Part shown: one piece after another, positions 24,615-36,589 of the stretch | How positions within the stretch are numbered: the first letter of the stretch is position 1 | Layout of the letters: every line of letters begins with the position of its first letter | Source: Balanoglossus misakiensis | Taxonomy: Eukaryota > Animalia > Hemichordata | DNA: 64,000 bases | NCBI GenBank assembly: GCA_040954595.2 | Contig: CM082593.2 | Location: 5,845,434 to 5,909,433 of the forward strand | Direction: 5' to 3' | The notes under the pieces: model-generated | Told to the model about the DNA's origin: nothing | What the model saw: the letters and a program-made list of their open reading frames with translations, nothing else | Database searches by the model: none | Made by a program: the position numbers and the translations under genes

Positions 24615-27600
24615 ATGGCAGGTGTAAAGTTGCCAACGGATTATGTAATACCTAGAGCAAAGATTTCTTCTGCTGGTATGTATATACAGACTAGAATTCA
24701 ATTGTCAACAATAGCAATGGTCGTTACGCATACAGACTTCGTTGGCACATTGAGTATCAGGTATATGAGCATGATGTTTGGAGTAGAATAAGATATTGCA
24801 ATTGGTACAAAAACAAAAATACCAGAAATATAGCCAAAAGAAACTGATAATGTCCCTTTAAAATGAAATACTCGTAGATGGCTCAAGCATTCTGTCGTGT
24901 GGAATAAACATGCCAACATTTTTTATCGCTGCTTTTCAGGCGAAATCAAAACCCTTGAATCAGGATCAAGAGAGGAATATGACATCTTGTCGCAGATCAG
25001 GCATTCGTTCTTGGACCAGAAGTACACTTTCATTTCCTCCGACTGGAAATACAACTACACCCAACTCATCAAGAACAGAGTGCTGGCCGAGAACTACTCC
25101 AGGAAGAGACAGGAGATCAGAGCCAAACATTCAACAGACTGCGTAGAAAAATATGCCTTCATGTTCATTGAACCCAAACACGTGGACGACGTCTGCATGA
25201 CTGGCAAAGCTCTGTGCACAGACTTCAACCACATCTTGGGTCCGCCTTTGAGTGGGATCAACCTATGCAGGCACGCTGATGTGTGCATGAGATGGGCAGG
25301 CCACAGATTTGAAGGTCCTATGAGGGATAGTTATGAAACGCTCAAGCTTGTTGTATACAAGGTAAGAGACCACATTTTCATCTGCAATAAGAAAATTTGC
25401 ATTTACAAAGCCAGTGTTTTTCCCAGAAATTTCTAGTAAAGTATTAGCCGATTTGTATAACAACATAAATTGTTATGATGATGGGATTCTATTGTTTCCT
25501 CCAAATTAAAAAAGTATTGACAGATAATTGTTCTGGGGAGAACACTGAAAGCTTTTGAAGTCCTTGGTGAGATCACAGTCCGTCAAGAAAGATGGTCTGG
25601 GAAACTTCAGGGTCCCTATTATGGTTTGCTGAAATGTTTATTGGATTAACATATTCAGTTAATCCAATTAACACCTCCATTTGGAAGACATCAGAGCTAT
25701 TTGCGTCAGATTAACATAGGCGATGATGTCATTCTTTCCCAGAATAAGCTGTAATTTATTTATGCACACATGTGCAAATATTTTGTATACTGTTGTTGTT
25801 ATTGTGGTAGAACTGCCGTTAAAGGTCTAATGCCATGCCCTATACAACCACGCGTAAAATCACTATTTGGGTCTTGAAGTTAACGTATGTTACTATCTTG
25901 CAATGCGTTTTGCCCCTTGTGCTTAGATAACAAGCAAGTAAAAGTGGCGGGTGGGCGTGTACCCCTAACCCAACTCAGTCGAGTTTTTTCGGCTTTTCGA
26001 AGTTCAGTCGAAGGCTTATCTTGATGTGGACAAATAGTCTTTCACACCTTTGTAAATCCTCTGCCTGTAATGTAAGGCAAGGGCTTCCTTTGCTTTGAAC
26101 ACTGTTTATATAGCTTGTCTTTGTCTGTGGACTTAATTACTCATGGACTGCTAATTACACTTTACTGTTAGCAGAATGGTACACTAGGACATAGTGTACT
26201 TGTTTGTCCATATGCAAATACCTTCGCCTGGCTCGAGTGCGAAGTGGCTCCCTGATCACAGGCATGAAAAAAGGGGGCAAATTCCGGCATTCGCGCACAT
26301 TTTTCGGAACCGACACAATAGGCAATGCATAGACAGGTACCCTAGGTGAGCTTTTGACGTGGAAAAATGAAAACTTTCCAAAGCATGGCATTAGACCTTT
26401 AAAGATAGTCACTCAACAAACACTTCGATGTGTTCTTGTTCATTTCCAGATTCTTGTTGACAGCGTCCATCATGTTCCTGTAAGGACATCACATAACTGT
26501 CCACTGTTTGACCCATCACCTTTTCACAACATCCATATGCCCAGAGAGCAGCCTCATCATGAGCAATCCCTATTTGATGCAGTGGATCTATCTCAGGTAT
26601 GTCAATTGTTCTTTTCAATTTGAATATAACATTCTCCACAGCCAAACTACTACATCATATATAAACTCTATTAACAATTGAAATAACTGAAATCTAGTCA
26701 GGATAGTGTGACTTCATGTGGTCAGTGTGATGAGTATGTGGAATACTACTTGCACTTTCAAATTTATTATCAGTCAATATAAGTTGGTTCATGAATAATT
26801 GGTTATGTTTCTTTTATTTTCTAGATTTATCTATACGAGTATGATGATGATGGCCTTCCAAGCCACATGCCAAGCAACTGTTTGCCATTTGCACTGGTCA
26901 CGTTTAGACGAAGAGAATATTCACCATGGAAAAGTGCACCATCTGCCGTGAAGGTTGTGACCCCAGCAGAGACTGGAGAAACCACGAAGACTAAAGAAGG
27001 AAAGCTGACACAAACGGCGAGGAAGAAAGCTACAAAGAAACATAAAATCAAGCAGCAGACAAGAAAGAACAACAGTTTGGCCATGTTAAAGAAGAAGAAA
27101 GCTGTAAGAAAGAAACTCTTGAAACTCTGTGATGATAAGAGGAGAAAGTCAGAAAGCAAGATGGACGAGGGGAAGGGTGTCAACGAAGGACTTTGTCGCA
27201 GGAATGAAGATCAGCCAACATTGTCAACCCCAGAAGTACGTTCCCACGATCGCATTTCAAGTTCAAGTGAATGTGACCAAGAACCTCAAGAAGATTTGAC
27301 AAGTCCTGATTTCGTAACCGTTTCCAAGTCAGAACTGCCAAGGTACGTGGAATCCCTTTCCCCATGTAAGGGACATCAGGCACTGATGCACACCTCCCCA
27401 TGTAAAGAACTTGGTGATTCCACAGATGGTCTTCAAAAAACACTACAGTCAGTAGATGCAGGTAGTCGGACCACTCCATTATTCGATAGAGCTGGTGATA
27501 AAACTGTTCATAAAGGCCTGGCAGTACCTGAAAACCCAGAACAACCCTGTGACACAGAATCCCGTCCATGTGATATTGCTGATATAACTGACAGTGATAC

Positions 27601-30600
27601 TGAAGAAAGCACAGGAGTCGCAGATCAGTTGATGCAGGAGAGAAGCAACAGTTTTCTTGTGTCCTTGAGGAGGGCATTAAAGAGGGCATGGACTGTCCGA
27701 AAAAGGAGAAAACTTTGCAGTATCAGCTCTTCTGAAGAACAAGTACAATCAGATAAAAGACCAAAGCTAGATTTAGAGGACAGTGAAAACCAGAAGAACA
27801 CACCAGACAGTATTGGACTTGCAATGCACAAAACTGTACTGAAGGAACAAGGCAACCCAGAGATAATAGGATCTGACGAGTGCATCAATGAGAAGACCAG
27901 GAAAATGTATGCTGGATGTTCAACACCTGACAAGCCACCACATTTGGAACACCAGGGTATAAGCCCTGTGAATGTGCAACCTACCACATGTCATTCGACA
28001 CCCGACAAGCCACCAACCTTGGAACGCCAGAAGAGTTTGACATCAGAAAGGATTGTAAACACTGCCCAGTTATCATCAGCAGTACTCGAAATAAATTTTG
28101 TGTCCCCTCCTAAAGATGTACGTGAACCACAAGGCAGCCAAGTTGAAAAACACAGATCATCACTGTCACCTGATGTCAGAAAGAACCTCTTTCTCTCAGC
28201 TGATCAGATTGGCGAAACTTGCGGTACCAAGTACATGCTAATTCCATTAGAAAGTGACTGCAACCAGAAGACAGAGTCAAAAAGGATTGCAAATCTTGGA
28301 TGTCTATCTCGACATCCAAAAATAATACCTCTGGAACCACTGCCTGAGGAACTTCAGCTGCCTGATCCCAGACTGCCTGTCAAAAGTTCTGATACCAGAA
28401 AGTTGCCACCGAAGAGGGATGAACCCACATTTCAAAGGGTTATACAAGAGAAGATTATACAGCCCAGCCAATGCTGCTGTCAGAGTCTCACCCCGATGTT
28501 GGACAAGTTAATAGAGATGGCTCGTAAGCGCAAACAAAACACGCAGAAAGACATCCGTGCGCACAGCGTGAAGCAGGAACCTGTCATTATATCGAGTGAT
28601 GAAGACCCAATCATCCTAGACTGTTCAGATGACAACGAATCCTGCAGTGACTGTTTCATTACAAGTGAAGGACCCACCAAAATACCAATAAGCAGTGCAC
28701 CACCAAATCTGCCTAGACAAGGGATTGCAGAAACTTGTACTAATGGAAAGAGTCAATACATGTTGCCTGAACAGGAATGCCCCAAACGGACACAAAATGA
28801 AGTTATGGTAGATGATAAACTTGTATCACTGATAAAAAAGGAGTCGTTTGAACAAGACAGTCTAATAGAAGATAACATGGGAAAAACACAACCAGATGAT
28901 AAACACCATCCCATTCCAGAATGCAAAGAAAGTGTGAAGCAAACATCACAGACATACCGCAGTGATAGTGAAAAAAAAAGTTCCGGGATCGCACTGACTT
29001 CAAAATCCTGCTTATCCACCCAAGATGACGGAATCGAACCAAAGTCACCACAGAATAGCTCATCAGCAGAAGGTTGTACAGCAGCATGCAATACTCCATC
29101 ACAGACAAAATCACAGACATCCAAGGTGAGAAGCAGCCCTTCAGCCTTCAATTATCCATCGTCGGTCAAAAGGAATGAAATGGTCTTGGAATCAAGGTGT
29201 ATCACAGGTGTGACCAACAGCAATCTGGAGACGAACGCGGATCCAACGACATCAGAAGACCAAGATCGAGGTCCCCAAAGTCCAGATATGAGCAGTAAGA
29301 GTGAGGAAACAGCTGTGCAGACAACAGATGTGACCATCAGATATGCGGCAGGGCAACAGGAAATGGATTCGCAGATTCCAAACGTGGCCGGTGATAATTT
29401 GGAAACTGAACAGAAGCCTAATTTGCGTATTGTGGACCCAATCAACAAGAGATACGATTGTGTTGCTGTGAAACAGAGTGCTCAAAGTCGCAAGAACTCT
29501 CCAGAAGAGATTTCACATGAAATTGAAAACGGAACTGATAGAATGCCTGTTATGAGTACACATTCAGATTCATCAGAAACACATTGTGATGTGCTTGACA
29601 AGAGCGAACTGAACATGACTACATCAGAACAACCAGCAGTGGAGAAATCTTCAGTAGAAGAACAAGTAAGAGCTGCGCAGAGTTTTCTCCTGAAGTGTCG
29701 TCCAGATGTAAACAGCCAGTTGCAGACACTCAGAAAGGAGATCAAGAAGAGTAGATACTTCTTGTCTCAGGTACAAGATCTACAACAAAGTATAGAATCG
29801 GATTCCTGTGAAAGTGGCATAGATGATATGGCCGATATAGTGAATAATGCAAAAGTACTTCATGGGAAGATTGAAAGACTAGAAACAAAGTTGAAGCGGA
29901 CAGTTCTTATCGCAGACTTGGAAAAGAGGAGAAGACAGTTTTGCCAGGTATCCAGCAAAATTCTGCAAGATGCAACTGAAACAGAACACGAAGGAATCAC
30001 TTGCTCCAGGGTTGATCAACTGAACCTGTGCGAAATAAACAATAATGTCACAGAAACACAGAAGCATGATGACTGTACCAAGATGGCACCACAAAACCAC
30101 AGTAAGAAACCCACCAAAGCTGACCCAGAGATGCCAAAAAGTCAGACTGACAAAGGGAAAGATGGGCTGCAAAAGAAGCGTCGCCCAAGCAACACAGAGA
30201 TGTATGCCAGAAAATCATCCAAATGCAATGGAACAATGAAAAGTAAGGAGTGTGTGAAAGAAGATTGTCCCAAGACAGAGATTGATGCAAGGCAAACCGC
30301 ACGAGATGATGAAGATGTTAAGATTGAGAAGAAAGAACAGAAGAGGATATCTGAATTGCAAAAAGATGGTGTAGGACACAGAAATGAAGACAAAAGAAAA
30401 GCACACGCTAACAACAGCATGACAGATGTGAATCACAGAACAAAGAAAGTGGTGACGAACAAAGAACACAAAAAGACAGCAGCTTTGCTGAAAGATGGCA
30501 GCCATGATAAAAGATGCGGAGGTCATGACAGTACAAAGATCGAAAAGACACATCAAAAAGATGAAAATATGACCAAGAAGAAAGATCACAAGACAACGTC

Positions 30601-33600
30601 TGCTTCACATGAAAGAAGTATCCATGGTGATGAACCTGTTAAGCCGCATGCTGGGAGAACTACAAAAGATGGGAAGAAACCGATAGATGGCATTGTTAGG
30701 AAGGATGAACATCACAGACTTCAGTCTCGAAAGGATGACAGTCAAGACAAACCTGTATCGACATCTGCCCTAAAAGATGACGTGCAGCAAAGAGCAGTGG
30801 GCAGTAAACGCACTTACATGGATGCTTTACACAAGGATAGCTCACATGGCAGTATAGGATGTACCAACATGGAAACACACCAAAGGAGACAATTAAAAGA
30901 TAACATCAAGGAAGCAGAAAGTTCCCTAGAATGTAGTGTTAAACGCAAGGACATTCTTCAAGAAGGAAAAGGAAATGAAGTCCTTGATAGGAAGAAGTTG
31001 CAAAAGAAGAGGACCTCAAGTGATTGCGTTTTGGCAGCAGATAAAAAGAAGAGAAAAGAACATGAGGATCCAGTGCAGAAGAATAGTGATCAAGTCGTGA
31101 AGAAGAGAAATAAAGATCTTGCCTGTAAGAAAGCGCATGAGAGGAAATCATCGATAGATTGCACCAGTGTCAAATCCACTAACGACCACAAGAAGAAGAA
31201 AACTGAAGAAAAGGGGACATCTGAATTTGTCAAGGTAGCTGATGGCATCGATCATAAGGAACCGCGAAAAATCAAGACTCCTTCAATGACGCCTTCAAAG
31301 AACAAATCTTGCTCAACAGAAAACGCAAAGAAGCTTGCAAGAAACAACACGAAGCATTCCTGTGAAAAGGACCTAGTGAAAGATTCAAGCCAACAAAAAG
31401 AAGCCGCAAATGAGAAAAGGAAAGTCACAAGTACATCTTCCCGTAGTGATCATAAAAATACATCAGATAGTTGTGCGAAGACAGGTGCAAACGTTGCAAA
31501 TCCTGCATTGCTAAAAGTCTGCAAAGAAGATTCAAGTAAGAAGAATCGGGAGGATGTAATCAAGATGCCAAATCAGGCCTCTAACTCTAAACGTGATTCA
31601 TCCCCCAAAAAACCAATGCAGAAAATTTATCATGGGTTCGCAAAGAATCTGGACATGCAAAAGAAGCTTTGTGCGGTGACTTCCAAAAAGAAGAGAAAAT
31701 TTGAAGATCCAGAACAGGGTGATACTTCAAAGATGACATCAAAGAAGGTGAAGATTGCCACCAGAGGTGGAACATCTGATGAAAAACACAACATTGGATG
31801 CAAAAGTCAAGATGAGGTGCCAAATTCCACCAAACCTGTAAAGAAACGGACACATGTGAATTTGTCGGAAAGTGGTTCAGGCGAGTTGCATCATTTGAAG
31901 ATTTCCAGAACTACTGTTGACTCAAAAGTGAAATGTCAAGACCAACAAATGCTGAAGTGCAAGAACAGCGAGGCAAAGAAGTCTGATGCCAAGGATGATG
32001 TTAAGGTGTGCGAAAAGAGTTCAGGTGTTGCAAAATGTACCACTCTGGAGAAAACTAAACATGTAAACAAAGACAAGGAACAAGCAAAAGATCGCCGCAT
32101 GCATAAGATTAAACAGCACCAACGCAAGAACTTGACTGATGACAAAGCTATGGCACTGCCGTCTGGAAAAGATGACCCCAGTAGTGATAACATTCCCAAT
32201 GTAATCAAGGAGAGAAGCCCAGGCAAAGCTCTTTCTGATGATCATGTTACCAAGATGAGTAGCAGTTTACATTCAACCAAAACTGTGAATAATAGCAAAG
32301 ATACAATCAAGTCAAGAAGTCTAAAGGCTAAGAAGTCAAGTGGTCCATTGGAGACAGAAAAGATGCCTGAGAGCAGATCGTCAGGGAAGAGGGCAGTGAT
32401 ACCTAAAGATGATATGCATGATACATTGTCCAAATCCTCTGATCCATGTAGTCACTCCAATCAATCACGCAACTTCAAAAACACAAGCAAAGTCATCAGT
32501 AAACTCAACAAGCCTGCTTTTGAGCAAGAGAGAGAATCCACCAGAAACATTGAAGAAAATAGAAGTGTGAATACTTGCAAAAGGGTGAGAGTCAACAAGG
32601 TTGGTGCTGTAGCAGAAACAAACCCTAAAGAGCATGGAGTCCAGGTGGAGAGAGAGGAGACAAATCGGAAAAGTGCTAATGATACAGATGTAACAAAAGC
32701 AACAGAGGAAAATACAGTTGTCCGAGAGAGCAGAAGTCATGATGAACCTGTGAATACCATCAATCACGTTGATTGTGTTGGAGGGCAGAATTCAGGACCG
32801 GAAGAGTGCATCCCTATTCCAACATTTCCGGAGCCAGAATGCAGTCCAATTAAACACCGTGCACCTTTTGGACCTGGGCAGCATGTGGATGCAGAGTGTG
32901 CGGAGGTGGCAATGTACTCCCAAGAACTGTTCATATGCATCGACTCTGTTGGGGAAGACTCTGATAGATATACAATGTACAGAACTCCGGGGACTCCGTG
33001 TCTAGATGAGAGAGTGCCAGATGAAGATGTGGTCGACACAAAACTGCCCACAGATCAAGGTGGCAGTGGTTATTTAGTACATCATGGAGAAACCGGTATC
33101 CGACACCAGAATGAAAATGGGACTGATTACAACGGCAGACATGAAGACAAAAGAGATCGATTGAATAGCTCATTTTCTGATGAAATGATAGTCTTGGATG
33201 ACTACCTAGCCAGCGATATGGAGTTGGACCGAAGTTTCGATGACTACGTAGCCAGTGATATGGAGTTGGACTCAAGTGTCGAAGAAGAAAACACTCCGAT
33301 TATCTGTGGGAAGCCAGCATGTGGAGATGCCCCACTTTCAAATAGGACTGTTGAAAACCCTGACAATTCCTCTTGTCAACAAAGCAACATTACTAAAGAT
33401 ACCCTGCCTCCTAGAAGTGACATTTTGCCAAATGTCGGAGAAGACATCAAAGATAAGGAAAGAAGTGTACCAGAGGAATTCGCAAGTGTTCAAGAAGATG
33501 GATCGTGTGAACAAGGTGATTCCAGTACACAACATTGCACAGTGAAGTTTGCAGGATCTGATAAAGATGATTTAATCAATGACCAGCTGCACAATGGTAG

Positions 33601-34702
33601 TGATAACTGTGATGCAAAGAAGGGGAAAACTAACAGCAATGACATTCCTGAACTGAAAAATCCAGCGACATGTTGGAACGAAAATACCAATGATGCAACT
33701 CTACAACAATCATCAGCTGAACCTCTAGATGAGACCGTTGACAGTCTCTGTAGTACAGGCGTCGGTGTTGAAGCTTGTCTTAGGACAACAGCATCCAACG
33801 AAGGCGATGACAGTGTCACAACCGAGTTGGAAACATACAGAAATTCTGCCAAGGAAGCTGTCAGTGACCCGAGTGGAGCAAACCGTACACCTTCTGAAAA
33901 AGGAGTAAATGTGAGTTTACAAACTATCGACACGGAAGGTAAAGTCCCTACAAAGACAGAACCATCAAGGTCGAAGAGTCAAGATGAGAAGCATCCTGAA
34001 CCACGTGGTGTCGAAGACAACAGGAGAGATGAAGCAGGCCAACGAGATGACGGCAGAGAGGCAGTCCAGAAACATGTGGGTACAACTAGAACTGGCTGTG
34101 CAGAAGAAAAGTCGCATAAAGAATCTTCAAGCAAATCTGTTACTTCAAGAAACTATGAACGCGAGTCCACATCCAGGAGAGAGGACAAGAGAACATCAAG
34201 AAGAGTTCCATCGTTGCTTGATACACGTGAAGACAGATATCATGGCTTTCGAAGTAACCAAAGCACACAGAGTTTTGGTCGCCCTCATGCTCGACACTAT
34301 GATCAGTACCAGTCGAATGGTGTTGCCAGTAATGCCCGTTATCAAAATGTCAGCCCAACAATGTCATGTAGATTGCCGCCATATCAAAACCAAATGGCTA
34401 GAGTTCAAATGAATCATTATGATAGGAGACTTGAGCTTTTAAGGCAACAGCAAGTTTATTATAATACACAAATTGGCAGACGACTTGTGCCTGCTGCGGA
34501 TCACTATGTCGGTTACACTGCTCGAGTGAGAGCAGTTGGATTTCACCCCTACAGTACTTATTATAACAACCACTCCTCTCTTCGGTACAATGGTGGAAGT
34601 CGAAGCAGCTTTCAAGCAACCGAAGGAGTTGGTAGCCTTGCTAACAGATGGGCACATGACACTGTTATTAATGAAAGATATGCCAATGCCACATGGTTTT
34701 GA
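24615..34702 (+). CDS. TEX15/TASOR-like protein A: N-terminal pseudo-PARP (DUF3715) domain + ~2600-aa disordered tail, ~2835 aa
   Basis: Exons 24615-24675, 24940-25361, 26450-26596, 26825-34702 (8508 nt, phases 1/0/0). YVIPR..LESGSREE..SFLD..WKY..LIKN..YAFM..ILGPPLSGINLCRHADV..VYKIL..DPSPFHNIHM..SQIYLYEYDDDGLPSHMPSNCLPFALVTF follows the recalled TEX15/TASOR DUF3715 motif order, closer to TEX15 (W..KLVHN, RHVDV, DPSPNFDCHM, PRQCLPYAIV). Confidence 0.85.
25823..26398. mobile_element. Kolobok-type non-autonomous DNA transposon, 576 bp, in an intron of gene A
   Basis: TTAA|AGGTCTAATGCCATGC ... GCATGGCATTAGACCT|TTAA, perfect 16-bp TIR. Confidence 0.8.
33197..33271 (+). repeat. In-frame 42-nt tandem duplication in gene A (DDYLASDMELD / DDYVASDMELD)
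   Basis: GATGACTACCTAGCCAGCGATATGGAGTTGGAC and GATGACTACGTAGCCAGTGATATGGAGTTGGAC start 42 nt apart. Confidence 0.85.
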
Positions 34703-36589
34703 GTGATGTATGTTTCCATCATGAAATGAACTTGCCATGTTCTTTTTCTCAGATGTTATTGTTCGTTTTGCCTCACTTCAGAGTTTAAACTTGTTGACAG
34801 TACATTCCATACTGATGCTGGAATTAACCCGTGTACAAAACATGAAAGATAATTACATTTTATCGAGTTAATTAAAAACTGTAGGTGCTTATTACTTAAA
34901 AAATTTGGTATTAACAATTGTGTTCTAAAATTTTAACAATATATTAATTGATATTATATTTGTATACATAGATTTCATACTGAATTTTAAAACTTTTCTT
35001 TAAACTTTTTTTTGTTACCCACAGTAAGTGACGTGGATGCATTATGTTAATATGCAAAGTATATGAAGACAAATCGTAGGTCTACCTTAGTTTCTAAAAC
35101 ACGAAATTCTAAACAATGCCAAAAGTCAAGATGAAATGTTGTGTTGCATTATTTATTGTTTCCTTTCCATTAAAGCATTAACTGTTCAATCATACTCGTG
35201 TTTGAATTGGTCTCTACTTTTTAACTCTGGTGTCAGTGACGCAGAGTTTATCCTCTTCTTAAAGTAATTATCATACATCTTGGAGATTTTGTGTGCCGGT
35301 TCTTAGGAAGGATCTATGTCAAATTTGCTGAAATTCTGATGAAATTTTTATTTTAAAAGATCGTTGTATGTGTATGTGCCAAGCCTGAGACTAGTTACAA
35401 AAGAATTCCTATAGTCTGTGTTGGAGATCGGGAAAAGATGGCAAATTGGGTGAAAAGAAGGGACAAAAGTAAAAGATAGCAGCGACCCAATCCGATTAGT
35501 ATCTTTTGCCTTCGTATCAAAATCCTTAACGGCACCGCCCTCAATGACTATCCCCACCCCTTCTGTCGTAATAGTTGTGGATGAGGTCATCAATGGGTGA
35601 GAAAGAGATTGTCAGAATCAGAATCTCGCATTTCTTTATTGGTTTGAGCATGCATGATTTGTATGTGTTTCAAGCCATACTACTTTACTGGCTGAACAAC
35701 ACGTTTATGCAGGCATTCAGTTTCGACACAGACAAAGAGATATGAAATGTCTCTCGAGGCGTGAAATGGCCCGAAATTCATGTGATAATGTAGGCAGTAA
35801 TAAAACCGACAACACCATAGTCCCACGAGCGCCCTCTTGCGACACCAGATTAATCTGGCAGTAAATATTGTATTTGTACGGCGTGTGGAATTTCAGGCAG
35901 GTGTGTAATTGTTTGCAAAACTCCCAAAAATTACTCTCTCTGTCTCTCTCTCTCTCTGAGCTCTTTCGTTTCTCTCTCATCAAAGATCGCCGATTCCCCA
36001 GAGAAATGGTTAGATCTGTTCGGCAATCATCGGAAACATTCGGTCAAAAGTTTTACGGCGAACGGATGTTGTCGTTTGGTGCGTCTGACGGAAAGAGACG
36101 ACACGACGTGAACGACTCCATACTTGAGTGAAAATATTCTATTTTTTCCCCGGCAGGCTTGCAGAGAATTGCAGACGAAGGTGACGATTTGGAATTAGTC
36201 TCTGAAAGATCCCTGACACATCTGCTCATATTCGTGGATGCAAGGTACAACTGTGTGGGCGTGGCATGCATATGTTTACTTGTTTACACGGTACACCACA
36301 CAGATTTGGAATATATCCGGCGCAAATTTTCGTCATTTGGTCGGAGTAACACGTTTTGAGTACATTGTACTGTTCTAGATAAGCAGCACGTATGCCAGGC
36401 AGCCAGAACACAAAATATAAGTTTTCCTACACTGTTCCCAGTGTCCTCAATTTCACGGTCGACCTGTTATCACTAGGTGAACTTAAGTGAACTTGGAGGT
36501 GTTAATTAATTAGTCACTGTGTGTCGAGGACCGACCAAAAATCAGTTTTGACGATTTGGACGGAGAGAAGACTTGATTCCGGGAAAACC

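Noticed and set aside
26867-34702. 2611-aa ORF as a stand-alone gene or retroelement/viral polyprotein
   Set aside because: No RT, integrase, protease or transposase motifs; it is the terminal exon spliced in frame at 26825 to upstream DUF3715 exons.
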